From: Nitrospirota bacterium
GTDB taxonomy: Bacteria; Nitrospirota; Nitrospiria; Nitrospirales; Nitrospiraceae
Direction of reading: 5' to 3'
Length of the DNA stretch: 64,000 bases
Assembly (NCBI GenBank): GCA_963701855.1
Contig: CAVPBK010000011.1
Coordinates: 217,171-281,170 of the forward strand
Shown one piece after another: positions 10,050 to 20,638 of this stretch (position 1 is the first letter of the stretch; the number at the start of each line of letters is the position of its first letter). The position numbers and the translations under genes are program-made. The notes below the pieces were generated by a model. That model ran no database searches. It worked only from the letters and a program-made list of their open reading frames with translations, and was not told the DNA's origin.

Positions 10050-11332
10050 TCCGCAAATATCCTCAGCATGACAATATTTCGATGGAAACTGGACTCTTGC
10101 GACGAAACCGTTCGGTCAAACAGGCTATAGGTATACGACAACGTCGCAGTCATGGCTCGATTCACCTTATACTGCGCACTGGGCGTTACGGAATACGACT
10201 TATACTCCACGAGCGAACTATCTGGGATCGACTGATTGTTCCCATATCTCCCGTTGAGTATCACTGAAAAATCCCTCGTCACGTGATGTGTCGCAGTTGC
10301 CGCCACAACCTGGCTCAGTAATGGCACAGCCGCACCAGAAAAATTCGGTGCGATCATTCTCTTATAGGAGAGCATAAGGCTGGAATCCTGCCCATCCCAC
10401 AGCAGAGATGCAGATCCCACATATTGAAGATTATTGGTGTTGCTAAAAACAGCGACTCCTCCCGTCATACTTGCTGTGACTGTCGGTGTAACCTCCCTGG
10501 TCCACCCTGCAACCGCGCCCTGAGTGGAAAAGTCGCTCTTGGAACCCTGAACATCAAACGTACCCTTTTGATATTGATGAAAAAGCGTCACAGTATCTAT
10601 TGGGGACACCTTGAGAACGGGTCCAGACGTTACAGTTTGGAAGGTCGTGTCAATTAAGTTAGTCAGTAGGCTGTTCTGCTGGATCCCTGCGGTTGGTATA
10701 GAAGATTGACTCCCGAATTGTCTTCGTAGATCTGCATATGTTGAGCTGAAACTCAGTCGTGGAGATACGGCATAGGACACTGCTACATTCCCGGCATTAA
10801 TGGTGGAATTCGCCCGCCGGGCCTGTATCCCAATCACTACTGAATCCGGAAGCTCATCACTACCAGTTGAAGCGGCGAATGCCGGCGGTTGGGGCGTATA
10901 GCGGTACCTATCTGATATTGTCAATCCCAATCCTCGCACGAGTTTGTTCATAGCCCCATCGAGATTCAGATTTATTACCGCATTTGTCCCCACATAGTTA
11001 AGTCCGGGATTTTTCACATACGCCTCGGCGGTCAACCCGCCGCCGACCGTTCCTTCTACCAATTGCCCCCTATGAACCACCCGTAACTGCGGAGAAGCCG
11101 TCGTGACATAGTCCTCAAATGGGCCACCAGAGATAAAATACACGTTACTGTCATACCGTTCAGACAAGGCTAGCGACGGAATAATGTTTGTCCCTATTCC
11201 TGCGGCAGCTTTCGGTGCCGGCGTCGAGGGAATAGCCGCCTGTCCTTGAACTGGACCTGGATTCATCATCACCATGCCGCTGATCGTTGCCACCGCGACC
11301 AAAATTGCTACCCCTCGCCCCTGCCCTGCCAT
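10040..11332 (-). CDS. EPS-associated outer-membrane beta-barrel protein
   Basis: Signal peptide, PSLALSERYDSNV, alternating beta-strand pattern and an aromatic C-terminus; lies between wza and wzc. Confidence 0.75.
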   Translation of the reverse strand: MAGQGRGVAILVAVATISGMVMMNPGPVQGQAAIPSTPAPKAAAGIGTNIIPSLALSERYDSNVYFISGGPFEDYVTTASPQLRVVHRGQLVEGTVGGGLTAEAYVKNPGLNYVGTNAVINLNLDGAMNKLVRGLGLTISDRYRYTPQPPAFAASTGSDELPDSVVIGIQARRANSTINAGNVAVSYAVSPRLSFSSTYADLRRQFGSQSSIPTAGIQQNSLLTNLIDTTFQTVTSGPVLKVSPIDTVTLFHQYQKGTFDVQGSKSDFSTQGAVAGWTREVTPTVTASMTGGVAVFSNTNNLQYVGSASLLWDGQDSSLMLSYKRMIAPNFSGAAVPLLSQVVAATATHHVTRDFSVILNGRYGNNQSIPDSSLVEYKSYSVTPSAQYKVNRAMTATLSYTYSLFDRTVSSQESSFHRNIVMLRIFAEWE

Positions 11333-11349
11333 ACCTCTATGCCATGCCT

Positions 11350-11997
11350 CTACGGCACGACCACCACATCTCCCGTTTTGAGGAAGAAATTTCCGATCTC
11401 CCCACTACCAGAGATCAGGTCATCATAGCGGGCCGGAATCCGGATTTCGCGCGACTCTCCATTCTCGGTTTGCACATTTCGAATCACCCGCATTTTATTT
11501 TTTGCGGCATAGATCCCGAATCCACCCGCAATAGCCAGAGCCTGCAGGACAGTCGCCTGTGACTTGAGTTGATACTTGCCGGGCTTGATCACTTCCCCCA
11601 GAACATACACGTAATAACTGTTGACCTCTTTCACGCTCACGGTCACGGTGGGGCGTTCCTTGAATTCCTTCAATCGCGATGCAATTTGGCTCGCCAGTTG
11701 ATTCGAGGTCAGTCCGCCTGCCATCACTTCTCCGATCAATGGCATTGAGATCTTGCCGTCAGGCCTCACCACCACGCCCTTCTGCGAGAGCTCTTCATTT
11801 TTCCAGACCACAATGTCGAGCACATCCTCAGGTCCCAGCAAAAAATCCTTCTGGGAGTTATGGGTATTACCGGCCTCTCCGACTACATCTATCTCTCTCT
11901 CTCTCGATGGGCCGACACAGCCGACCACGCCGCTCAACAAGGCGATGATCACCACCCCGTGCACTGTCTTTCCACCGAACATCGTCGGTGACCTCAT
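11350..11997 (-). CDS. wza: Polysaccharide export lipoprotein (Wza/SLBB)
   Basis: Lipobox VVGC, LGPEDVLDIVVW, VRPDGKISMPLIG and GEVIKPG. Confidence 0.92.
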   Translation of the reverse strand: MRSPTMFGGKTVHGVVIIALLSGVVGCVGPSREREIDVVGEAGNTHNSQKDFLLGPEDVLDIVVWKNEELSQKGVVVRPDGKISMPLIGEVMAGGLTSNQLASQIASRLKEFKERPTVTVSVKEVNSYYVYVLGEVIKPGKYQLKSQATVLQALAIAGGFGIYAAKNKMRVIRNVQTENGESREIRIPARYDDLISGSGEIGNFFLKTGDVVVVP

Positions 11998-12728
11998 GGC
12001 GCCAGCACCATCGTTTCCGAAGGCACGACGATTTGGTCTCCTGGTTTCAGTTCAATGTCTTGGGTGGAGCCGTCTCGCAGCACAATGTCATCGTAACTGG
12101 CCTTCATCTTGATCCGACCTCCGCCATCCTTCGCGAAGCGGAACACCACGATCTTGCTCCTCTCCGCCATGGGCGTAAAGCCGCTTGCAATCGTAATGGC
12201 CTGGAGCAACGTCGTCTTGCTCTTGAGAGGGTACTTTCCTGGCTTCACCACTTCTCCCAGCACATAGATCGCATAGCTATTCACTTCCTTTACGACGATC
12301 GACAGCTGAGGATGTTCCTTATACTCTTTCAACTTTGCCGAAATGTCTTCAGACAATTGGGCTGGGGTTTTCCCCACCGCCGTGATGTCTCCGATCAAGG
12401 GAAGCGAAATTCTCCCGTCAGGACGAACGGTGACTTGCTTGGAGAGATCGGCATTTTTCCACACCGTGATCTCGAGAACATCCTCGGGGCCGATGAAATA
12501 ATCCTGCGTCACAATCAACGACGTTTTCTCGGCCTTCTCCAAAATTTGAGGAGCAGGTGCTGCGTCCTGCCCCATTCGACTCGGGTCCGCTTGCACCAAT
12601 CCTGGAATGGTACCGTGGCTCACGCTTACAAGGATGACTAATGGTAAGGCTCTCTGCAACAATATCTTTCTGCAAAAGTGCTTCATCAGCCTGCTCCCTA
12701 AAACAGGCAAACAGGTTAATTCATGCAC
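11994..12728 (-). CDS. wza: Polysaccharide export protein (Wza/SLBB), second paralog
   Basis: IGPEDVLEITVW, VRPDGRISLPLIG and LKPGDQIVVP; start uncertain. Confidence 0.9.
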   Translation of the reverse strand: MHELTCLPVLGSRLMKHFCRKILLQRALPLVILVSVSHGTIPGLVQADPSRMGQDAAPAPQILEKAEKTSLIVTQDYFIGPEDVLEITVWKNADLSKQVTVRPDGRISLPLIGDITAVGKTPAQLSEDISAKLKEYKEHPQLSIVVKEVNSYAIYVLGEVVKPGKYPLKSKTTLLQAITIASGFTPMAERSKIVVFRFAKDGGGRIKMKASYDDIVLRDGSTQDIELKPGDQIVVPSETMVLAP

Positions 12729-12782
12729 TCTCGTTCACCGCTTCGCTATCCAAACGGCATTCCCTCCCTGATCGCGACGCAT

Positions 12783-13019
12783 CTAACAGGATGCTGAAAA
12801 AGTCCGCCAGCGCAAAGAAGGTTGAGGTTCAGGCTCAGGTTGAGAAAAAGAGAGTCTGAATCTTCGCTAAACCTTGACCTTGAGCTCAGCCTATCTCGGA
12901 AGCTGCGGCCTTGCTGGACGGCCTTTTTGAGCATCCTGATGCTCTGTTGACATCGACGCCAATAGGGAAGGTTCCAATGGCACATTGTGTATACACTGAG
13001 TTTTTCCACAGCCTGCTAA
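12783..13019. mobile_element. ~229-bp MITE with CTAA target duplication
   Basis: CTAA-CAGGATGCTGAAAAA ... TTTTTCCACAGCCTG-CTAA. The first ~150 bp closely match 2458-2608. Confidence 0.8.
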
Positions 13020-13384
13020 AGCTGATGTTCAGGAAGAGCCTTTTCCCGCTTTAGTTCGGCATGGCTTCGCCCGCTAAGGCCGGCTATTTATCATTTATAC
13101 TTTATTGGGCTCAACAAAGTCACCCGCTCACTGCTCAAAAGGTGAATGTTGCCCCCCCGAAAGGGCTAAGTACTATTTCCTCTCTAGAGCTACGTTCCTA
13201 ATGTCAATGTGATGCTCATTTAGCTGAACGAACTGAATGCCCTGTCCACGTCCATGCCAAACGAGTAAACTTTCGACCACATGGTTATGTTGTCACCGCC
13301 GTCACTCGACCCTCGGCTATGACTCCCCGGCCGAGTACGAAGCAAGGACGGCTGTTGCTTAACCAGGTGTCCACAAAATTGGGG

Positions 13385-13578
13385 GAAGGTCAGTTGGAGG
13401 TTGGAGGGAGAAGCAGAAGGTTGAGGCTGAGGTTAAGGCTAAGCTTGAGGTCGAGCCGAAGAATCTCCCTACTCATCCTGAACCTCGACCTTAGCCTTCA
13501 GATCATCGGACTGGGAGAAGTAGAAGGCTGAGGTTGAGCAGCAAGGTGGGGGGAGAGGCTGAGAAATATCCGGCTCAT
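13385..13578. repeat. Degenerate AGGTTG/CAACCT hexamer array and hairpin
   Basis: AGGTTGAGGCTGAGGTTAAGGCT ... ACCTCGACCTTAGCCT. GAGAAATATCCGGCTCAT is shared with 22045-22062. Confidence 0.7.
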
Positions 13579-13651
13579 ATAGCGCGTCGATGATCGGCGC
13601 AATCTTCATGAAATTGGACCGCGCCCCTGCAATCAGATCAATCCGCTTCAT
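13578..13651 (-). pseudogene. wecB: N-terminal fragment of UDP-GlcNAc 2-epimerase
   Basis: MKRIDLIAGARSNFMKIAPIIDAL matches the GARPNFMK motif; similarity ends at the repeat. Confidence 0.75.
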
Positions 13652-13715
13652 GGTCTGACCTTGATTAACATGACACCCTGGATGGCACGCTGGACCTATT
13701 CAAGAAAAACTGCGG

Positions 13716-13862
13716 CGATGCGGAAGTCCGCCAACAGCGTTGGAAGGTTAAGGATGAGGTCAAGGCTGAGAAAAAAAAGAGCCTGTTCGGCGCTTAACCT
13801 TAACCTCAGCCTTCTCCAGGTGTTACGGCCGCACTGGACGGACTGTTTCAGCATCTCGCTAG
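13716..13862. repeat. Degenerate copy of the hexamer-hairpin MITE
   Basis: AAGTCCGCCA...AGGTTAAGG...AACCTTAACCTCAGCC...CTGGACGGACTGTTTCAGCATC..CTAG. Confidence 0.7.
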
Positions 13863-13946
13863 GACTGGGGGAATGCTCGGCCTGTTGGAGGAGACGTTAA
13901 CGGATTTGTTTGTTTTCCACAACTGAGAAAGGTGTTCGATGGACCG

Positions 13947-14475
13947 TTACTTCCCGTTTCGCAGAAGGCCCTGCCACATCTGCAACGCCTGCTGTGCCCA
14001 CGGGCTGTTGCCTTGTCCTTGGCGGTTGTCGACGTGTATTCGCCTCATACTCAACGACTCGATGCGCATGGCGACATCTCGATATTGTGGTGCTTCACGG
14101 CGGAGCCATCGATAGGACTCCAAGGCTTCAGGAATACGCTCGAGCGACTCTAGCGTTCTCCCTAAGAGGTAGAGAATCTGCACTTGTTCTTTCGACGATG
14201 TCGAGGGCACTTGCAGCGCTCGACGAAAAGCCGCAACGGCTTCTTCCTGTTTTCCACTCTTCTTGAGACAGAAACCCATTTGGGCGAAGCCCTTCAGTCG
14301 CGTATGCCGGATCCTGTGCGGCTTGCTCAAAATGTTCTGCTGCCTGTCTGAAAAGACCCACATTCTTGAGCACCATTCCTCGTTCGTATGATTCATGTCC
14401 ATCCGATGTCCCTATCAATCTCGTGGCTTCAACTACCTGTAGCCGTGCCTCCTGAATGGGGGCACTGGTCTTCAT
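13947..14475 (-). pseudogene. TPR-repeat protein with one +1 frameshift near 14300
   Basis: HESYERGMVLKNVGLFRQAAEHFEQA in one frame continues as LKGFAQMGFCL...YLLGRTLESL...YRDVAMRI in another. Confidence 0.7.
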
Positions 14476-14738
14476 TCACCGGCAAGGCTCGGTTTGAGGC
14501 AAGATGGTTCTCTTGGGTCAGGGATAATGCGTTGGTTTCGTCCACGTTCTTGTTTCCTGTGGGAGATGAAAGCAAATGGCCATTATTTCGCAAGTCTTGG
14601 ACCATTTAGGTTGACTCGCAAACCTATTACGTTTCAATATCTTTGAGTATGTTCTGTGGGTGAGTGAGAGGGGAAACAGCGCATACTTCGGCAGATTCGC
14701 ACAAATTTGCTCTCACTTTCTGGATACACGAGAGGGGT

Positions 14739-14855
14739 GAGACAGGCGGGACAAGCGCGACTCAAATTCGAAGTCCAGGGTTCGAAATTCCAACAACCTC
14801 GAACAGTCGTCCATATCGCTCGTCGCGCCTGTTGCGCAGGTCTTGCTTGTCTCTC
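14739..14855. repeat. Imperfect inverted-repeat hairpin downstream of fcl
   Basis: GAGACAGGCGGGACAAGCGCGAC ... GTCGCGCCTGT...CTTGCTTGTCTC. Confidence 0.55.
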
Positions 14856-14891
14856 TCAGAATTCACGAGCAACGAGGGCGGTTGGCATGAG

Positions 14892-15872
<981 letters not shown>

Positions 15873-16241
15873 TTAAGGTTGAGTAGTCCTGCGAAGTGAG
15901 CGAATCAATGCGTTGAGTTCTTTCCAGATTTCGTCGGTCAGCTTCATTGCAAGAATGCATTCACTCTGTTTGAAATACGATACCTTCTGTCCATAGATAA
16001 GATGGTTCTTCGTTTCAGCTAGTGATCCGCGAGAGGCGTAGTAGAAATTCAGTTTGTCCTTTGTGTGTTGACGACCAAATCCTTCAGCAAGATTTCCGGG
16101 AACCGAGAGGGCAGATCGTCTAACCTGCGAAGTCAACCCGTAATCTTCCTTTCTCGGAAGACTCTCGGTTAATGAAAATACCTTCTGGGCCAATTCCATG
16201 GCCTTTTGCCAAACCGGCATATCCTCGAAGGAACTAAACAC
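15873..16241 (-). CDS. Four-helix-bundle protein (23S rRNA IVP / bAvd-like family)
   Basis: SFEDMPVWQKAMEL, LPRKEDYGLTSQVRRSALSVPGNLAEGFGR and SRGSLAET. Confidence 0.92.
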   Translation of the reverse strand: MFSSFEDMPVWQKAMELAQKVFSLTESLPRKEDYGLTSQVRRSALSVPGNLAEGFGRQHTKDKLNFYYASRGSLAETKNHLIYGQKVSYFKQSECILAMKLTDEIWKELNALIRSLRRTTQP

Positions 16242-16248
16242 CCGTTGG

Positions 16249-16420
16249 CCTCAACCTTAGCGGAAGGCTTAGGTCTAGGTTAAGACCGAGGGAAAGGTTG
16301 AGGTCGAGATTAAGGTCAAGCACGGAAGCCATGAGCTGTCTGATCTCCCTCAATCCTCTCAACCTTCTCCAACCTCCTAACCTCCGCTTCTAACCTTCAA
16401 GCCTCCAACCTCAGCCTTTC
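16249..16420. repeat. Hexamer-repeat hairpin upstream of the four-helix-bundle gene
   Basis: AGGTYR array (16265-16320) facing a CAACCT array (16346-16417), overlapping the last gmd codons. Confidence 0.8.
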
Positions 16421-17419
16421 TTCCTGTGTTCCTTCGAGTCGTTCTTGCTCGGCGGCAAGATCCGCATCCACCATCATATGTGCCAGTTCCTCGAATCGAA
16501 CCTTCGCCTCCCATCCCAAATCCCGTTTGGCCTTGCTTGCGTCGCCGATAAGGAGGTCCACCTCGGTGGGACGATAGTACGTTGAGTCAATCTTTACGTG
16601 TTTCTGCCAATCCAGTTGAAGGCGATTGAATGCCAGCTCCAAGAACTCACGCACGGTGTGCGTCTCGCCAGTCGCAATGACGTAGTCCTCCGGCTTGGGG
16701 GCCTGCAGCATCATCCACATGGCCTGAATGTAGTCTCCGGCGAATCCCCAGTCTCGTTTCGCGTCCAAGTTACCCAGAAAGAGATCCTGCTGCACGCCGA
16801 GCTTGATCCGTGCCGCCGCTTTCGTGATCTTGCGCGTCACGAATGTCTCACCGCGCCGGGGCGATTCATGGTTGAATAAAATGCCGTTACAAGCAAAGAG
16901 GCCATAGGCTTCTCGATAATTGACCGTCACCCAGTAGGAATAGACCTTGGCCGCTCCGTAGGGACTGCGGGGATAGAATGGTGTGGTTTCACGCTGAGGG
17001 ACGTCCTGTACTTTGCCAAACATCTCGCTTGACGATGCTTGATAAAACTTCGGCTTCAACCCGGACTCGCGAATGGCTTCCAGGAGGCGAATCGTTCCGA
17101 GGCCGGTAATTTCGCCGGTATACTCAGGAATATCGAAACTCACACGCACGTGACTTTGTGCGCCCAGGTTGTAAATTTCATCAGGCTGGATCGTTCGGAT
17201 GATGCGGTTCAGAGAACTTGCATCGTTGAGATCGCCATACACCAGATGGAGTCTTCGATGTGGAACATGCGGGTCCTCATAAATGGGATCGATCCGTCCC
17301 GTATTAAATGAACTCGATCGCCGAATAATTCCATACACCTCGTAGCCCTTCCCAAGAAGAAACTCTGCCAGATACGATCCATCCTGCCCTGTAATGCCAC
17401 TGATCAACGCTTTTTTCAC
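16397..17419 (-). CDS. gmd: GDP-mannose 4,6-dehydratase
   Basis: [42 protein letters not shown] and AKRDWG. Confidence 0.97.
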   Translation of the reverse strand: MKKALISGITGQDGSYLAEFLLGKGYEVYGIIRRSSSFNTGRIDPIYEDPHVPHRRLHLVYGDLNDASSLNRIIRTIQPDEIYNLGAQSHVRVSFDIPEYTGEITGLGTIRLLEAIRESGLKPKFYQASSSEMFGKVQDVPQRETTPFYPRSPYGAAKVYSYWVTVNYREAYGLFACNGILFNHESPRRGETFVTRKITKAAARIKLGVQQDLFLGNLDAKRDWGFAGDYIQAMWMMLQAPKPEDYVIATGETHTVREFLELAFNRLQLDWQKHVKIDSTYYRPTEVDLLIGDASKAKRDLGWEAKVRFEELAHMMVDADLAAEQERLEGTQEERLRLEA

Positions 17420-17563
17420 AAGAGAACTCCTATATTTTGGCAGAAAATGGCTGAATTATGTCTCGATTACATTGCGTTGTCTATGACTAACCGGCTTTTG
17501 ATCGTTTTACAGCACTGCTGGTTGTTCTTGCACGGAAGCTTCGCTCCGCACTAGAATGAGTCG

Positions 17564-18469
17564 TTGAATGGGGTGATCGGTTCGATTTCGGTCTTGAAAA
17601 CTATGAATATACGTCGGGGCATCATATTCGCCTATGTCCTGTGTGGCACCTTTCTCGTGGCCCACATCATCAACGCAGTAATTGCGGAGGCCTTGTCTGT
17701 ACCGGGAGGGCTGGTGCGGCCATCATCAGTTTCCGACCGAGAGGCTGACGTGAGTACGGCCCTGCCTGTATTGGTTGAACGCATTCGGTCAAGCGGACTC
17801 TTTCCCTTACCAATCGACCCACTCGGTATAACAGCCACAGGGTCTGTGGCGCCGCCTGCCCGTGCTCCGTTAAATCTGGCATCGAAGCTCAAGTTGCTAG
17901 GGGTAGTGATTGGCGATCATGAGGGAGTCTCGGCCATCGTTGAAGAACTTTCCAGTAAACGCCAACTATTTTTCCGGTTGCACGACCAAATACCTGATGC
18001 AGGGGAGATCAGCGAAATCCGGCGGGACGGGATAGTCGTTCGCCAGGGCGATCAACAGGAGCTGCTTGAACTCGCCGCCTCGCAGATCGAGAAGCCCCCG
18101 TCTCCCCCCGTCACAACGGCAGCAGCTGTTGCTCCGACGCCTGGAATCCCAGTGCGTACAGTGCTCGATCGGAGAGACGTTGAACAAGCAATGGGGGATG
18201 TGCCCAAGTTATTGTCCCAAGCGAGAGCCGTACCCTACCTGGTGAATGGAGCGATGAATGGGTTCCGTCTGGACTTTATCGCACCTTCTAGCTTTTATGA
18301 GAAAATCGGTTTGAAGTACGGGGATGTCCTCCAGCAGGTCAACGGCGTGGACATTCGTGATCCCGGTACGATGCTCACGCTCTTCCAGCAGCTTCGCAAC
18401 GAGAAAACGGTGAAACTTGATGTCCTGCGTAACAATCAGCGAACCGCAATGACCTTTGACATTCGCTGA
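17564..18469 (+). CDS. gspC: Type II secretion protein C (TM-HR-PDZ)
   Basis: N-terminal TM, LKLLGVV and a PDZ domain (GFRL...GLKYGDVLQQVNG); start may be 17603. Confidence 0.85.
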   Translation: MNGVIGSISVLKTMNIRRGIIFAYVLCGTFLVAHIINAVIAEALSVPGGLVRPSSVSDREADVSTALPVLVERIRSSGLFPLPIDPLGITATGSVAPPARAPLNLASKLKLLGVVIGDHEGVSAIVEELSSKRQLFFRLHDQIPDAGEISEIRRDGIVVRQGDQQELLELAASQIEKPPSPPVTTAAAVAPTPGIPVRTVLDRRDVEQAMGDVPKLLSQARAVPYLVNGAMNGFRLDFIAPSSFYEKIGLKYGDVLQQVNGVDIRDPGTMLTLFQQLRNEKTVKLDVLRNNQRTAMTFDIR

Positions 18470-18651
18470 GTCCTTTATATCCTCCGCAGTTGCAGCCCCT
18501 TCCTGTGTTCGACAAATGGCTGGCAATCTGGAGCCTCTAATATAGGCAGGATTAAGAAGACACCCCTCCTATTGACAGACTAAATTGCAGGGGGCCTTCA
18601 TGACCTTGTCAGAAAGATCCGCTAGAGAGTATTCTCTTAATCTCCAAAAGC

Positions 18652-20442
18652 TTGTGGCATTGTCCCGATACCGATGGACTTTCCAGGGATGAGCCATCTA
18701 TTTGGTGTTCTGTGGTGAACGACGAACATTCCGGTCGGCCGCTGTTAGGAGCAATCCTCGAAGACAAATTCGGCTTGTCCGAAGCCAAACTGCTTGAAGC
18801 GATTAATCTCCAAGGGAGCAAGGGGGGACGCCTCGGAGAAATCTTGATCCGACTCAGGGCGATTACCGAAGAGCAACTCCTCCAGGCGCTAGCCGTTCAA
18901 TTTGGACTTCCTTGGCTCCCACATCTTGATGAGAGCCAGGTCGACCATGAATGGGTCAAGAAGGTTCCGATCCACTTCGCCCGCCGCTATCATGTGCTCC
19001 CTCTCAAGACAGAGGATGGATCGGTTCTTGTGGCGACAACAGATCCCATGGAAACGGCGGCATTGGATGACCTTCGACTGTTGCTCGGCCTTCCGATCAA
19101 ACCGATACTGACGAGCAGCTTGTCGCTCCTGGCCTGCCTCAATCGTGTGTATGACGAAGCAGCGAGTCCTGCAGGGGCAGAGCAAGTAATGGAGGATATC
19201 GCGGCCAGTGAGAGTCTGGACCAAATTGCTCACGAGTTAGATGAGCCACAAGACCTCCTCGATGCCACAGACGAAGCCCCCATCATTCGGTTAGTCAATT
19301 CCGTGCTCTTCCAAGCGGTCAGGCAGCGCGCAAGCGATATTCATTTTGAATCGTTCGAACGGGGGCTGGTCGTGCGATATCGCATCGACGGAGTTCTCTA
19401 TCCCGTCTTAACCCCCCCCAAACATCTGCAGGCCAGTATTATTGCGCGTTTGAAGATCATGGCGGGTCTGAACATCGCGGAGAAACGATTGCCGCAGGAT
19501 GGCCGATTTCGGATCCGGACAGCTGGCAAAGATGTCGATCTGCGTGTCTCGGTGCTGCCGACCTCACATGGCGAACGGGTGGTCCTGCGTCTGTTGGAGA
19601 AAGAGAACCGTCTGCTGAACCTGCAAGAGATGGGTTTTTCTCAGGATCGGTTGGGAATCATCCAGCAACTAATTCAGTTATCACATGGCATCATTCTCGT
19701 GACCGGACCGACAGGAAGTGGAAAGACGACGACACTCTATGCGGCATTGACGCACATCAATGCGCCGGACAAGAATATTATTACCGTCGAAGATCCGGTG
19801 GAATATCAGCTGCTTGGCGTGGGCCAGATGCAGGTAAATCCAAAAATCAACCTGACGTTTGCCGCGGGGTTACGATCAATTCTCAGGCAAGATCCCGATG
19901 TCATCATGATCGGTGAAATTCGTGATCGTGAAACCGCTGAAATCGCCATTCATGCCTCACTCACGGGGCATTTGGTCTTCTCTACGCTCCATACTAATGA
20001 TGCCGCGAGCGCGGCCACCAGATTGATCGACATGGGCATTGAGCCCTTTCTCGTCGCCTCCTCGGTGGTGGCCGTCTTAGCGCAACGGTTGCTGCGCCAG
20101 GTCTGCTCGGACTGCAAGCAGCCATATCAGCCGACTGATGAAGAACTGATTCGCCTCGGTATCGTTCCACCGAGGGTACGCCCCACATTCTATCGTGGGG
20201 CCGGATGTCCGGCCTGTTCCCAAACAGGCTATCGAGGCCGAACTGGTATTTTTGAACTCCTCGTGCTGGACGATGAGATACGCCGCCTCGTCGGTAACAA
20301 GGCGGACTCGACATCGATTCGTCAAGCGGCGATGGCGAAGGGGATGGTGACATTGAAAGATGAAGGGGCAGAGAAGGTCTTTCACGGGATCACGACGACT
20401 GAGGAACTGATGCGAATTACCCAACAGGAAGTCGAGATATAG
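18652..20442 (+). CDS. gspE: Type II secretion ATPase
   Basis: ASDIHFE, EKRLPQDG, GPTGSGKTTT, LRQDPDVIMIGEIRD and tetracysteine motif; start probably ~18715. Confidence 0.95.
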   Translation: MWHCPDTDGLSRDEPSIWCSVVNDEHSGRPLLGAILEDKFGLSEAKLLEAINLQGSKGGRLGEILIRLRAITEEQLLQALAVQFGLPWLPHLDESQVDHEWVKKVPIHFARRYHVLPLKTEDGSVLVATTDPMETAALDDLRLLLGLPIKPILTSSLSLLACLNRVYDEAASPAGAEQVMEDIAASESLDQIAHELDEPQDLLDATDEAPIIRLVNSVLFQAVRQRASDIHFESFERGLVVRYRIDGVLYPVLTPPKHLQASIIARLKIMAGLNIAEKRLPQDGRFRIRTAGKDVDLRVSVLPTSHGERVVLRLLEKENRLLNLQEMGFSQDRLGIIQQLIQLSHGIILVTGPTGSGKTTTLYAALTHINAPDKNIITVEDPVEYQLLGVGQMQVNPKINLTFAAGLRSILRQDPDVIMIGEIRDRETAEIAIHASLTGHLVFSTLHTNDAASAATRLIDMGIEPFLVASSVVAVLAQRLLRQVCSDCKQPYQPTDEELIRLGIVPPRVRPTFYRGAGCPACSQTGYRGRTGIFELLVLDDEIRRLVGNKADSTSIRQAAMAKGMVTLKDEGAEKVFHGITTTEELMRITQQEVEI

Positions 20443-20633
20443 CCCGCATTACTCATGAACGCTTCTGCTACAATCACCGATTCGCTGCTACGACGAGCCT
20501 TCGGCCAGCGGGCTCGCCCCTCGGACCCTCAACGTACTACACGAGTACGCCTCGGATCCTCACGGCTCCGCACGCTGGTCTCGCAACGCGGCTCCGCGAT
20601 TTCGCGACGAACCGTCATGAATAATGAGGGCTA
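20440..20633. mobile_element. 194-bp MITE (second family)
   Basis: TAGCCCGCATTACTCATGA ... TCATGAATAATGAGGGCTA (TIR 17/19), with an internal CGTACT-N4-AGTACG palindrome. Confidence 0.75.
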
Positions 20634-20638
20634 GCACG

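Noticed and set aside
12746..13900. ORFs rich in LNLSLNL / LRLRLRL
   Set aside because: These are translations of the hexamer repeats and MITEs.
15873..16241. Diversity-generating retroelement (Avd-like gene)
   Set aside because: No reverse transcriptase and no TR/VR pair with adenine-specific mismatches were seen in the window.
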